Notes under the pieces: generated by a model
Databases searched by the model: none
Told to the model about the DNA's origin: nothing
Seen by the model: only the letters and a program-made list of their open reading frames with translations
Position numbers and translations under genes: made by a program
Shown here: in pieces, positions 1 through 9,033 of the stretch
Layout of the letters: each line of letters starts with the position of its first letter
Numbering within the stretch: position 1 is the first letter of the stretch
Assembly (NCBI GenBank): GCA_025839675.1
Contig: CP104013.1
Coordinates: forward strand, 2,640,001 to 2,672,000
Source of the DNA: Candidatus Lokiarchaeum ossiferum
GTDB lineage: Archaea; Asgardarchaeota; Lokiarchaeia; Sigyniarchaeales; Promethearchaeaceae
Direction: 5' to 3'
DNA length: 32,000 nt

Positions 1-232
1 AACCCTCATAAACTACAGATCCTTTTTTTAAAAATTCCACAAGCATACCTTTATCAAACTTTCCTTCTTCACCCAAAACAGGTCGCTGCTTGCGAAGGAG
101 TTCAAAATCAGGCACTCGTGTCCCTTGAAGTTGATTTGGACAATTACAAAAGAGTTTTTTAGCTGAGGCGAGTTGTTGATGAATTTCAATCCCAATTCGT
201 AACCCTAGCTCTTCGTAATTTAAAACGTTCAT
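1..232 (-). CDS. gatE: GatE-like (archaeal Glu-tRNA(Gln) amidotransferase subunit E) N-terminus, partial; the gene leaves the window at the left edge
   Basis: Absent from the ORF track because it is edge-truncated. My reverse-complement translation from the ATG at 232 is MNVLNYEELGLRIGIEIHQQLASAKKLFCNCPNQLQGTRVPDFELLRKQRPVLGEEGKFDKGMLVEFLKKGSVVYEG. It has the GatE/GatB N-terminal G(L/I)EIHQQL...KLFC.C signature and is collinear with the N-terminus of the full GatE at 25590-27593. Confidence 0.7.
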   Translation of the reverse strand, partial: MNVLNYEELGLRIGIEIHQQLASAKKLFCNCPNQLQGTRVPDFELLRKQRPVLGEEGKFDKGMLVEFLKKGSVVYEG

Positions 233-552
233 GACTACAAATAAAACTCGATTTTATTATTTATTTTGTGTTTTTTGAAAGGATGTCATTAAAGTCTTGC
301 AAGTTTCATTTCTATGAAAATATGAGAAAAACTATGAGAATGAATTTTCTAAAATTAACTCACTTTGGTATTCGTTTTGTTCACTTTTTTATGACCCATG
401 GATTTTTCATTTTGCATAAACTATGAAATTTTGGGGAAAAAGCCATCCTTTTGAATTTAAGTTCATGAAATCCCGAATATATGATCATAAGAGAGAACCA
501 AACATTAATATACTAGATTTCATAATTTTATTTTAGTGAAAGGTGACTATTT

Positions 553-873
553 ATGAGCACAAAAACAATTTCAAAACCAACAGAAACTCCTGAAGTAGAT
601 GTCAAAGAAGAATCTGAAAAAAACGATAAAATTCTCTCAGACGCTGAAATCGAACAGAAAGTTTTCCAATATGGTGCACTAATCTCAATAGCCCTTTGGG
701 CGTATATTTTTATAAAAGGTGGAAATGCAGTCTATTTTATCATTCCAGCAATTTGCATCTCACTAACCGTACTTGTCTTATTCGTTCGATATCGAAAAAG
801 AAAAGCACACATGAGTTGGGTAGGAGAATCATTTCGCGAATATAAGACAGAACAATTTAGCCATCATGAGTAA
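553..873 (+). CDS. small hypothetical membrane protein (2 predicted TM helices)
   Basis: 106-aa ORF. GGTGA Shine-Dalgarno-like motif at 542-546, 6 nt before the ATG. Acidic N-terminus, two hydrophobic helices (YGALISIALWAYIFI; AVYFIIPAICISLTVLVLFV), then a basic RYRKRK stop-transfer. No recognisable family. Confidence 0.5.
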   Translation: MSTKTISKPTETPEVDVKEESEKNDKILSDAEIEQKVFQYGALISIALWAYIFIKGGNAVYFIIPAICISLTVLVLFVRYRKRKAHMSWVGESFREYKTEQFSHHE

Positions 874-914
874 TTGAGGAGTAAAATTTTTTTCATTATT
901 CATTCTAAAATTGC

Positions 915-1589
915 CTAAATCAAAATATCAAAGCCATTTTGTAGCGTAATACTATGGCGAGAATAAATTTGTTCCAATAATTCATCCCCTGTAGGTAACA
1001 TTCGCTCAATAATTTGTTGATCTTCATAATCCGCCTCATTAATGATCCGATCCCGTAATGGCGCAGCCAAATATTTCTCTTGAACTAGTTTATCAATCAA
1101 TTCCTTTGTAGAATACTCATAATATTTATAAAAGGCATCAAGAGTTGTATAATGAAAATTTTTCCGCACACAATTATGAATCAAATCTTGGGCGTGTTCC
1201 GTCATCTGTGCAAGTATTTCTGGATTTTTCTCCAAATACTTAATAATAGGAATTAAAGCAAATTGATCGATTCGTTTGATCAGATGAAACTTTTTAGTTT
1301 CTAAGATCCTATTTGAAAGAAGAGCATATCGTTTTTCTACAAGACGATGTTGCCAAAATTTAAGTCGAGATCTTCCCAAGAGCATAATAGTAAATTTAAA
1401 CTCTATATCAGCATAATTTAACACCAATGACATGCATAAAATGGTCAAAATCATGGCGACAATGGCCCCTAAAAATAGACGTGCATTTGTAGTGATAACT
1501 GCAAATATCATAATTCCTAAAAAACACACTATGAAGAAACTACCCCAATAAAAGACATTAATGTTCTGTTCTTCTTCGTGATTATCCAT
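915..1589 (-). CDS. hypothetical membrane protein (N-terminal TM hairpin plus helical cytoplasmic domain)
   Basis: 224-aa ORF. Two N-terminal hydrophobic helices followed by a charged helical region. No motif recognised. Confidence 0.5.
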   Translation of the reverse strand: MDNHEEEQNINVFYWGSFFIVCFLGIMIFAVITTNARLFLGAIVAMILTILCMSLVLNYADIEFKFTIMLLGRSRLKFWQHRLVEKRYALLSNRILETKKFHLIKRIDQFALIPIIKYLEKNPEILAQMTEHAQDLIHNCVRKNFHYTTLDAFYKYYEYSTKELIDKLVQEKYLAAPLRDRIINEADYEDQQIIERMLPTGDELLEQIYSRHSITLQNGFDILI

Positions 1590-1849
1590 TGAAAAATCTT
1601 CCTTCTAAAGAATTGAAAAACAATACGTACTTAAATCTTTTTTTAGGAATGTTTTGATTTCTACCAAGTTCATTTTTTATTGACCTTTCCTAAATATTTA
1701 TTTTCTTAAATAATCGCTTAAAAATCACTCTTTTTTGCCGATAATTGAATCTAAATTCTAATATCATAGTTTAAATCTTGATCCACAGAATCCACCAAAT
1801 TTCCAATCCCTTAGGATAAATTTATCTTTTTCAATTATGTAGATCATTT

Positions 1850-2842
1850 ATGACGATCAAAATACGTTGGGGAATACTAGGGTGCGGAAAAATTGCTCAT
1901 TCATTCGCCCTTTCGATGCAAAAAGTCGAAAATGCCGAAATAGTGGCAGTTGCTTCTAGAACACCAGGAAATGCGGCAAATTTTGCAGAGCAATATCAAG
2001 TTCCATCGTTCTTTTGCACTTATGAAGAACTTGTAATGTATCCTGACCTTGATGTGATCTATATTGCTACCACCCATAATTTCCATTATGCGAATATGAT
2101 CTTGTGTCTAAAGCACAATAAAGCGATTCTATGTGAAAAAGCCTTCACCCTTAACCAAATGCAAGCTGAAAAAATTTTTCGGATTGCTAACGAGAAGCAA
2201 ATCTTTGTAATGGAGGGAATGTGGATGAAATTCAACCCTTGTTTTAGACACCTCCAAAAATTTATTGCTGAAGGAAATATTGGGGATGTTCGTTTAATAA
2301 AAGCAGATTTTGGAGTAAACATCCCTTACGATCCAAAAAATCGTCTCTACAATCGAGAACTCGCCGGAGGTGCCCTTTTAGATTTAGGAATCTATCCCCT
2401 TACATTCGCCCAAGCAATATTTGGTCATTCACCGGTGCGTATTGAAAGTACAGCATATCTTGGAGAGACCGGAGTTGATGAAGAATCCTCTTATTTCGTG
2501 GAATTTGCGGATAAAAAGCAAGCGATGTTATTTTCATCTTGTCGGGTAGAAACACCTCATGAAGCCACCATTTTTGGGACCACCGGAATGATTAAAGTCC
2601 CCGATTTTTTCCATCCTTCCGGTTTTGAGTGGAAGCGTCATAACAAACACAAAGTTCGAAAAGTAGAAGTCCAATATGATTTCCCAGGATATCAGTATGA
2701 AATAGAAGAAGTTAATCGTTGTCTTCGAGAAGGAAAACTCGAAAGTGAAATCATGTCACATGCAGATTCAATGGAAATGATGGGGATTATGGATACTTTA
2801 CGGCACCAATGGAACCTTAAATATCCTGAAGAAATCCAATAA
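1850..2842 (+). CDS. Gfo/Idh/MocA family NAD(P)-dependent oxidoreductase (dihydrodiol/sugar dehydrogenase-like)
   Basis: 330 aa. N-terminal Rossmann signature IRWGILGCGKIAHSFA, conserved ILCEKAF (EKP-type motif), and typical family length with a C-terminal alpha/beta domain. Confidence 0.85.
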   Translation: MTIKIRWGILGCGKIAHSFALSMQKVENAEIVAVASRTPGNAANFAEQYQVPSFFCTYEELVMYPDLDVIYIATTHNFHYANMILCLKHNKAILCEKAFTLNQMQAEKIFRIANEKQIFVMEGMWMKFNPCFRHLQKFIAEGNIGDVRLIKADFGVNIPYDPKNRLYNRELAGGALLDLGIYPLTFAQAIFGHSPVRIESTAYLGETGVDEESSYFVEFADKKQAMLFSSCRVETPHEATIFGTTGMIKVPDFFHPSGFEWKRHNKHKVRKVEVQYDFPGYQYEIEEVNRCLREGKLESEIMSHADSMEMMGIMDTLRHQWNLKYPEEIQ

Positions 2843-2876
2843 CTTTGGATTGTGATAAAAATGGGTCGCGAATGCA

Positions 2877-3509
2877 CTAAACACAATCAAATCGCTTTTT
2901 TAGTTTTGTGAGCATTTCCGTATAGAGTCGAAGTTGACTTTTAGTATAATTTTTTATTTTTTTCTCCAATTCTGATTCAGTAAATAACGGTAAATGCAAG
3001 AATTGAGTAAAATAATCGGAGTTAATCGGAACGGATGAAACTGTTTCAGGAAAATTTGATACAAAGGCTGCTTGAAGCCGATCATGTTCCTTATACAAAA
3101 ATTTTTCTTCAAATTCCATAATTTCTTCGTGTCGCTTAATACCACCTTTAATTGATTGCATTTCAAGTCTTAGACGAATATTTTGCCCCATAATATACAA
3201 ATTTTTAATCAAATCTTCGGTATTAACATACTGACGATTGGGACAAATCGCATCTAACCAAAGGGAGACAAATAGACGATCTCTAGACCCAAAATTAATA
3301 GGAAATCCACGACATTCTATCGGACGGATATTATACACAGCACACTTTTCATGTACTAGGAACGGGCACGGAGGACTAATGTAATGAAAATACCCTATCT
3401 TCTTAGTTTCAAGATCGGGCTTAATCTTGAGCAGTTTTTCATATTCCTCCTGATATAGGGGGATGTAATACGCCTTACAACATCTTCGATCACACCCCGT
3501 ACAATCCAT
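2877..3509 (-). CDS. YkgJ/UPF0153-type cysteine-cluster (Fe/Zn-binding) protein
   Basis: 210 aa. N-terminal CTGCDRRCC cluster, then PCPFL....CAVYNIRPIECRGFP, the pattern typical of the YkgJ family. Divergently transcribed from AOR. Confidence 0.65.
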   Translation of the reverse strand: MDCTGCDRRCCKAYYIPLYQEEYEKLLKIKPDLETKKIGYFHYISPPCPFLVHEKCAVYNIRPIECRGFPINFGSRDRLFVSLWLDAICPNRQYVNTEDLIKNLYIMGQNIRLRLEMQSIKGGIKRHEEIMEFEEKFLYKEHDRLQAAFVSNFPETVSSVPINSDYFTQFLHLPLFTESELEKKIKNYTKSQLRLYTEMLTKLKKRFDCV

Positions 3510-3865
3510 AAATGTGAGAGTCGTGAGTATATAATAAAGTAAGTGAACTGGAAAGTGATATTTTTTTTTTCAACATTTAATGAAAAATCAAAACTTATTG
3601 TGAATAAAAAATCCCCAATTAGTGAAATTATGCACAAAAATGACATTAATTCAAAAAAACGGTAGTCTCTAATGGTAAATTTGTGAATATATATGCATTA
3701 ATTGTATGTAGCACGATCCTTTACTGACATTTTCCTTTCTTTAAACGGCGACTTTCTCGATATTGCCAATGAAACATAACCAACCCTTATTACACGAAAT
3801 TGCAAAGTAGATAATAATGATTCATACCCATTTCTATGGGATGAATTTGTGATAAGGTGAAAATA

Positions 3866-5698
3866 ATGGCTAATGGAATGATGAACAAATTTCTTCACGT
3901 CAATTTGTCTTCTAAGACGGTTGAAGAAAAACCAGAATATAATGAGTACATGAAAGAATATCTCGGTGGTTCTGGTGTCGGAACGAAAATTATTTACGAA
4001 TTAACGAAGGGAAAAGATATTAAAACTATGGATGCCTTCTCGCCAGATAATTTATTGGTGATTGCATCTGGAGCAGGAACGGGAGTAGTAGGGTTTCCAT
4101 CTCCATCCCGGTATCACGTCATGTGTACAAAATCTCCTCTGACAGGGTCCATTGGATCAGCAAATTCAGGTGGAGCTTGGGGATATCACTTGAAGAAGGG
4201 AGGATATGATGGGGTGGTCTTTGAAGGTAAAGCCGAAGGACCCGTTTATTTAGCAGTTCTCGACGGAAAAGTTGAAATTGTAGATGGGACAGATCTTGTA
4301 GGAAAGGATGTGTTTGGGAAAACCGATGCTTTGATGGAAAAATATAAAGATCTTGGCTATAAAGTCAGTGTTGCGTGTGTTTCCAATGCCGCAGAAAATG
4401 GATCTGAAATGGCCTCTATTATGAATGACTATCATCGTGCTGCCGGTCGTACAGGTGTTGGAGCAGTAATGGCGTCCAAAAATCTTTTGGCAGTGGTCGC
4501 TGGTGGTATGCAGACAATTGAACTTGCGGATAAGGATGCCTTCAAAGTAGCATCCAAAGAGGCTTTGGGCAAATTGAAAGAAAACGGATTGACAGGTCAA
4601 GGTTTACCCGCGTATGGAACCGCTTTATTAGTGAATGTGATTAATGGAGTCGGCTCTTTACCTCAAAAGAATTGGCAATTTGGTTCCAGTGAAGAATCGG
4701 ATAAAATTAGTGGAGAAACCTTGGCGAAGGATCACCTTCGGAAGAAAAATCCATGTTGGGGTTGTTCCATTGCTTGTGGAAGGGCTACCAAAGTAGATGA
4801 TGGTCCTTTTGCCATCGCAGAAACGGAAGGTCCAGAATATGAATCTATCTGGGCTTTTGGTAATGATTGCGGAATTTATGATTTGAAACCAATAATCATG
4901 GCCAATCATCTTTGTGACCAATATGGGTTAGATACCATCTCTATGGGGTCCACCGTTGCATGTGCTATGGAATTGGCCGAAAAAGGATTTATCCCCGCTG
5001 GTGATTATGCAGGAATTGATCTTAAATTTGGAAGTGGCCAAGGATTAGTAGATGCTATTAAAGCTGCGGGTCAAGGCAAAACAGAATTCGGTAAGCTACT
5101 TGCTAAAGGGTCACGACGACTTGCTAAACATTATGGCCATCCAGAACTTTCGATGGAAGTCAAGGGGTTGGATATGCCCGCCTACGATCCAAGAGGAATC
5201 AAAGGCATCGGATTGAACTATGCGACCTCCAACAGGGGAGGATGTCATGTAACGGGCTACACAATAGCCCCAGAGATTGCAGGACTTCCGGAGCAGATTG
5301 ACCGATTAGATTACGAAAGTAAACCTTTCTGGGTCATGGCATTCCAAAATTTGACTGCAATGATAAACTCCAGCGGTTCATGCTTATTCACCTCGTTTGC
5401 GCTTGGAGGACCGGATTATGCAAATCTTCTCAACCCAATCATGGGCAAAAGTTACACTGGAGATGACATGTTCGCTATTGGAGATAAAATCTATTGTATG
5501 CAAAGAGTTTTGATGGATCGCATGGGAGTTGAGAAAGATACCCTTCCAGACCGGTTACTGAAAACACCCATGCCTGAAGGAGTGTCCAAGGGAGAAATTT
5601 GTGAATTGGATAAAATGTTGCCCGAATACTATAAATTACGCGGATGGACCCCTGATGGGAAAGTCTCCGAAGAAAAGATGAAAGAACTCGGAATTTAA
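3866..5698 (+). CDS. aor: tungsten-containing aldehyde:ferredoxin oxidoreductase (AOR family)
   Basis: About 610 aa with full-length AOR-family organisation. N-terminal domain: NKFLHVNLSS...GGSGVGTKIIY. C-terminal domains include the Fe-S and pterin-binding region: NPCWGCSIACGR, EGPEYESIWAFGNDCG, DPRGIKGIGLNYATSNRGGCH. The track ORF starts at GTG 3857, but that GTG lies inside an AGGTGA SD-like motif (3855-3860) 5 nt before ATG 3866, so I take 3866 as the start. Confidence 0.93.
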   Translation: MANGMMNKFLHVNLSSKTVEEKPEYNEYMKEYLGGSGVGTKIIYELTKGKDIKTMDAFSPDNLLVIASGAGTGVVGFPSPSRYHVMCTKSPLTGSIGSANSGGAWGYHLKKGGYDGVVFEGKAEGPVYLAVLDGKVEIVDGTDLVGKDVFGKTDALMEKYKDLGYKVSVACVSNAAENGSEMASIMNDYHRAAGRTGVGAVMASKNLLAVVAGGMQTIELADKDAFKVASKEALGKLKENGLTGQGLPAYGTALLVNVINGVGSLPQKNWQFGSSEESDKISGETLAKDHLRKKNPCWGCSIACGRATKVDDGPFAIAETEGPEYESIWAFGNDCGIYDLKPIIMANHLCDQYGLDTISMGSTVACAMELAEKGFIPAGDYAGIDLKFGSGQGLVDAIKAAGQGKTEFGKLLAKGSRRLAKHYGHPELSMEVKGLDMPAYDPRGIKGIGLNYATSNRGGCHVTGYTIAPEIAGLPEQIDRLDYESKPFWVMAFQNLTAMINSSGSCLFTSFALGGPDYANLLNPIMGKSYTGDDMFAIGDKIYCMQRVLMDRMGVEKDTLPDRLLKTPMPEGVSKGEICELDKMLPEYYKLRGWTPDGKVSEEKMKELGI

Positions 5699-5705
5699 AC
5701 ATCGA

Positions 5706-5738
5706 TTTTTTTAAATTTTTCATTTTTCTTTTTTCTTT
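5706..5738 (+). terminator. oligo-T tracts downstream of aor (archaeal-type terminator candidate)
   Basis: A T7 run at 5706-5712 followed by further T5-T6 runs, beginning within 10 nt of the aor stop. Confidence 0.4.
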
Positions 5739-6045
5739 GTCTGCTTCTTGATAATCACTTCAGAATTGGTAGCCAATTGATCAAATTTAGACAATCCTAT
5801 TGAATGTTTATGATTCATATCCAGATATTATTATTGGGATGGTTGTGCTCTTCTTACTATGAAAAGGTGGAGGTTACTTGGGATTTATGCGCACTAATCG
5901 GAAGTTTTCCAAAAATATTTCTGTCAATGAAAGCGGTGAATGTAATTATCCTGAAGGTAACTGTTTTCCTAATGCGAGGGGATTGAAAAAAGAATCTAAG
6001 AAGGCTTTTTCCGTCCAGGAGAAAATTTCGGTGATGAAATCCAGT

Positions 6046-6137
6046 TCAAAAAATTTAAAAATAGAAATTACACATATGTTTTTACAATTACAGAAGCACT
6101 ATCATGCTTTACGCGCAAATTAGAGGGAAAATTAACG
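6046..6137 (+). repeat. direct repeat copy A: degenerate, frameshifted duplicate of the upstream region and first codons of the gene at 7427-8716
   Basis: 6046-6084 matches 7352-7390 (37/39). 6085-6137 matches 7489-7541 (51/53). Copy A lacks the 98 bp present in copy B (7391-7488), which includes the real start codon. The junction sits at the short repeat atgtttt(t)a. Confidence 0.85.
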
Positions 6138-6273
6138 AGCACGATGATTTATTATTATTTGATATAAAAATAGATAAGAATTAAGCTCTTCTTATGATTT
6201 GAGATTTAATATTTATATTCCTTAAAAAATTTTTTAAAGTTTAAGTAAAAGTGTAACCAACGTTATTTTTAAT

Positions 6274-7209
6274 GTGAAAAATATGAGTATCCAATTAGAT
6301 GAAATAATGAAAAAGAAACCTGGCATAATTCGTTTTGTTAATGCTATTTTAGGTGTCGGAGTCGCTGGAATTTGTATAAATTGGATTTCAGAATATCAGA
6401 ATACTTTCTGTTATATCATTATTGGCACCATTGCATTTGCATGTATCGTGATCAAAGTGATATTTGAATTTAAGAAAAGACATCCAAAGATACCCCAAAG
6501 ATTTCCATTACTGCATTTACCATTTGATGAGGGATATGGGGATATAGTAAGTGATAAATCAAGTAATAATTATACAGGTATAATCAACGGTGCGCAATGG
6601 GAAAGAGATAATATGGGTTTCAGTTTAAAATTCGATGGAGTGGATGATTTTATAGATATTGAAAGATTTAGATTTCAAGATCAATGTTTTAGTATTAGTT
6701 TATGGGTGAAACCTGGAGAAAATCAAGTTTCATGTGCTTGTTTGCTAGATTATAGCCATCATAAAAATCAAAGTAACTGGGCACTTCAACAGTATCACGA
6801 CAACCAGAATATTTTTAACTTTCCATTTATGTCAAATGGTTGGAAAGAAGGAGGACTTTCTGTATACGTAAATCTAACAGCTCAAGAGTGGCAGTTACTA
6901 ACAATAACTTTCAATTTGGGAGAAATAAAAAACTACATAAATGCAAATTTAGTAAATTCGGGTAATTTAGGAGGTAAAATTCAATATAACTCAATTTCTA
7001 CTCTCCGAATAGGAGGTGTTATTGATCTAAAAAGATATTTTAATGGCTCTCTTGCCGATATTCGGATTTATAACACCATTTTGAATCAAATCGAAATAGA
7101 AAAACTATATGCAAAAAAAAGGAAGGAACAAAAGCGACTTTCAAAAATAGAGCAGAAACGTCAGCTAAATATTGGTAAAAAGAAAAAGACAGAGAACCAA
7201 AGAAAATGA
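6274..7209 (+). CDS. membrane-anchored LamG/concanavalin-A-like lectin domain protein
   Basis: 311 aa. N-terminal TM hairpin, then a Laminin_G_3-type pattern: LHLPFDEG.GD.V.D.S.NNY.G...GA.W, FDGVDDFIDI, FSISLWVKP, LRIGG, FNGSLADIRIYNTILNQIEIEKLY. Lys-rich C-terminal tail. The track start is GTG 6274; ATG 6283 is an alternative. Confidence 0.75.
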   Translation: MKNMSIQLDEIMKKKPGIIRFVNAILGVGVAGICINWISEYQNTFCYIIIGTIAFACIVIKVIFEFKKRHPKIPQRFPLLHLPFDEGYGDIVSDKSSNNYTGIINGAQWERDNMGFSLKFDGVDDFIDIERFRFQDQCFSISLWVKPGENQVSCACLLDYSHHKNQSNWALQQYHDNQNIFNFPFMSNGWKEGGLSVYVNLTAQEWQLLTITFNLGEIKNYINANLVNSGNLGGKIQYNSISTLRIGGVIDLKRYFNGSLADIRIYNTILNQIEIEKLYAKKRKEQKRLSKIEQKRQLNIGKKKKTENQRK

Positions 7210-7351
7210 AAGAACTCATATTTAATTAAGAATTCTTCATTTTTCTACTTTTTTAATTATTTTTAAGTTTCATCATCAAAATAATCATCAACTGGATGAA
7301 ATTTCCAGATATGAAACTCATTTATAGAAAATATCTTTGCTGATTCATGGG

Positions 7352-7541
7352 TCAAAAAATTTAAAAATAGAAATAACATATATGTTTTTAACCCCACAGT
7401 TTTGATCCTTCAATTATAACGAAATATTGAAAAACAAGAGGAAAATGGAAATGAAGCGAAATCTTGGCGCTATGGAAAAAATGTTTTACAATTACAAAAG
7501 CACTATCATGCTTTACGCGCAAATTAGAGGAAAAATTAACG
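7352..7541 (+). repeat. direct repeat copy B (functional copy; spans the promoter-proximal region and 5' end of the 7427-8716 gene)
   Basis: Partner of 6046-6137. Contains an extra 98-bp segment (7391-7488) bounded by atgttttta / atgtttta. Confidence 0.85.
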
Positions 7542-8716
7542 CAGAGAGATTAAAAACAGTCTTACGAAAGCTCCAAGATCGCCACCCAATGATGAAAGTC
7601 ACCATCAACTTAGACGAAGCAGGTCAGCCAATGTTTATTACAAATAATCATCTTGAAATACCTTATAAATTAATCACAAACACTTCGGTGGAAACATGGG
7701 TACAAACGGCGGAAAAAGAATTAACTCGTCCATTCAAAATTGAGCAAGAATTATTATGGAAGGTGGTGGCACTCACATCTTCCCATGATTTCAAAATTAG
7801 TGAGGAATTTGAGCTGTTAGTCTTTGCAGATCACTGTTTAGCAGATGGGATGTCCTTTATGTTTCTTCTTCGAGATTTATTGGAAATTCTATCTAATCCC
7901 GATAAAGAAGTGATTCCATTAGGAGATTTTCCTGCAGTGGACGATATGCTTCCCCCAGAAATAATTAACCAAATTCAGAAAATTGAGCAAAGATCGCATG
8001 AAATAACCGACATCCAATCGGAGGTTACTTCAACAATCCCTCAACCGATAGAAGATACCAAAATTCCATCGAGAGAATCCCAGAAACTTGGACTCATTCC
8101 ATGGACTATGAATTCTGAAATATACGGAAAATTCCGAGATCGTTGCAAATTGGAGGGAATTACACAATATTCTGGATTATGCACGGCATTATTGTTAGCA
8201 TTTGACCGTGACCCCCCACGAATCAATATTCCTGTAGACATACGGAATTATCTAAAACAGGACGTTGGAGAATCGATTGGATTTTATATCTCGTCGATCA
8301 ATTTGGGATTGAAAGTAAGGCAAGTGAAGCGATTTTGGAAAATGGCCCAGAAATTTAATTCTCGACTCAAGCAAAATCTTAAAATCGCTCAACTTTTTAA
8401 TTGGTTTTTACTTGAAAAATCAGCCTATGCCAAAGCAATTAAATCGGTCTTGAAAAATGATCCTCTCACGACATTTTGGGTATCGAACCTTGGATCATTA
8501 AAAATTCCGGTTATATATGGAGACTATGAGGTAACATCCATGAGGTTTGCTTTTCCAAATTACCAAGAATTAGGAGTAACCATAAATAGCGTAAAAGATC
8601 AACTGTTCCTAACAATCTCGTTTCCTTTCATGGTATATTCCAAAGAAACGATAAACGGAAAAATTAAAAATTTGACCGAAATTCTCCAATCAGCAATCGA
8701 AATACCCAACGAGTAA
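7427..8716 (+). CDS. stand-alone condensation-domain-like (HxxxDG) acyltransferase, PapA5/NRPS C-domain superfamily
   Basis: 429 aa. N-terminal R.LG..E..F...........G.I....L...L..L..RHP....T pattern of C domains. Active-site motif ADHCLADG at 7829-7849 (catalytic His, Asp and Gly retained). The size fits a single C domain. The track start is TTG 7427; ATG 7445 or 7451 are alternatives. Confidence 0.6.
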   Translation: MKNKRKMEMKRNLGAMEKMFYNYKSTIMLYAQIRGKINAERLKTVLRKLQDRHPMMKVTINLDEAGQPMFITNNHLEIPYKLITNTSVETWVQTAEKELTRPFKIEQELLWKVVALTSSHDFKISEEFELLVFADHCLADGMSFMFLLRDLLEILSNPDKEVIPLGDFPAVDDMLPPEIINQIQKIEQRSHEITDIQSEVTSTIPQPIEDTKIPSRESQKLGLIPWTMNSEIYGKFRDRCKLEGITQYSGLCTALLLAFDRDPPRINIPVDIRNYLKQDVGESIGFYISSINLGLKVRQVKRFWKMAQKFNSRLKQNLKIAQLFNWFLLEKSAYAKAIKSVLKNDPLTTFWVSNLGSLKIPVIYGDYEVTSMRFAFPNYQELGVTINSVKDQLFLTISFPFMVYSKETINGKIKNLTEILQSAIEIPNE

Positions 8717-8745
8717 TACTTCAATAAGGGGATGAAAAAAAGGAA

Positions 8746-8952
8746 CTAGGAAATATATTTTTTTACCGATTCCAATAATTCAAAGTACATCTGTTTGTAC
8801 AATCTGAGTTCATTTTCTAATTGTTGAATACGATCTTCCCGTTCAGTTTCCTGTTTCACTTCTACATGTAAATTTTGCAATGTAGTATTGGACATACCAG
8901 AGCCATATTTGATTTTTAAATTGACTTGGATATCACGATAGGATACACCCAT
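8746..8952 (-). CDS. small HTH plus coiled-coil protein, possibly a truncated remnant (IS OrfA-like architecture)
   Basis: 68-aa ORF. The frame stays open upstream to 9015 (EGIKIGKSSEEKIAFTKRLLI-MGVSYRDIQ...SNTTLQNL) and completes an HTH-like unit, but that extension contains no ATG/GTG/TTG. The C-terminus EREDRIQQLENELRLYKQMYFELLESVKKY is heptad-like. Confidence 0.3.
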   Translation of the reverse strand: MGVSYRDIQVNLKIKYGSGMSNTTLQNLHVEVKQETEREDRIQQLENELRLYKQMYFELLESVKKYIS

Positions 8953-9033
8953 AATTAGTAGACGCTTGGTAAATGCGATTTTCTCCTCACTAGATTTTCC
9001 GATTTTGATCCCTTCTTATGATTTCAAGTTTTT

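Noticed and set aside
1901-2322. Minus-strand ORFs 1901-2086 and 2086-2322 inside the Gfo/Idh/MocA gene
   Set aside because: They are entirely antisense to a well-supported conserved CDS. Their composition is low-complexity and Ile/Phe/Lys-rich, typical of AT-rich antisense frames.
3395-3898. ORFs 3395-3646(-) and 3698-3898(-) in or overlapping the YkgJ/AOR divergent region
   Set aside because: They overlap the starts of supported genes in other frames, have no SD or TATA context that I can see, and give implausible peptide sequences.
4250-4921. Minus-strand ORFs 4250-4600 and 4658-4921 (also 5475-5723)
   Set aside because: They are antisense to the AOR gene, whose product matches the family end to end. 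No motifs are present.
5804-6123. Plus-strand ORFs 5804-5986 and 5878-6123 in the aor-LamG spacer
   Set aside because: The 3' part of 5878-6123 is the frameshifted duplicate of the 7427 gene's 5' end (repeat copy A). I therefore read this as pseudogene or spacer debris, not a gene.
7261-7345. C/D-box sRNA-like words (GGATGAA ... CTGA on plus; TGATGA twice on minus)
   Set aside because: The C box is imperfect. No D'/C' pair or terminal stem is present, and the minus-strand TGATGA copies have no CUGA partner. This fits chance in AT-rich DNA.
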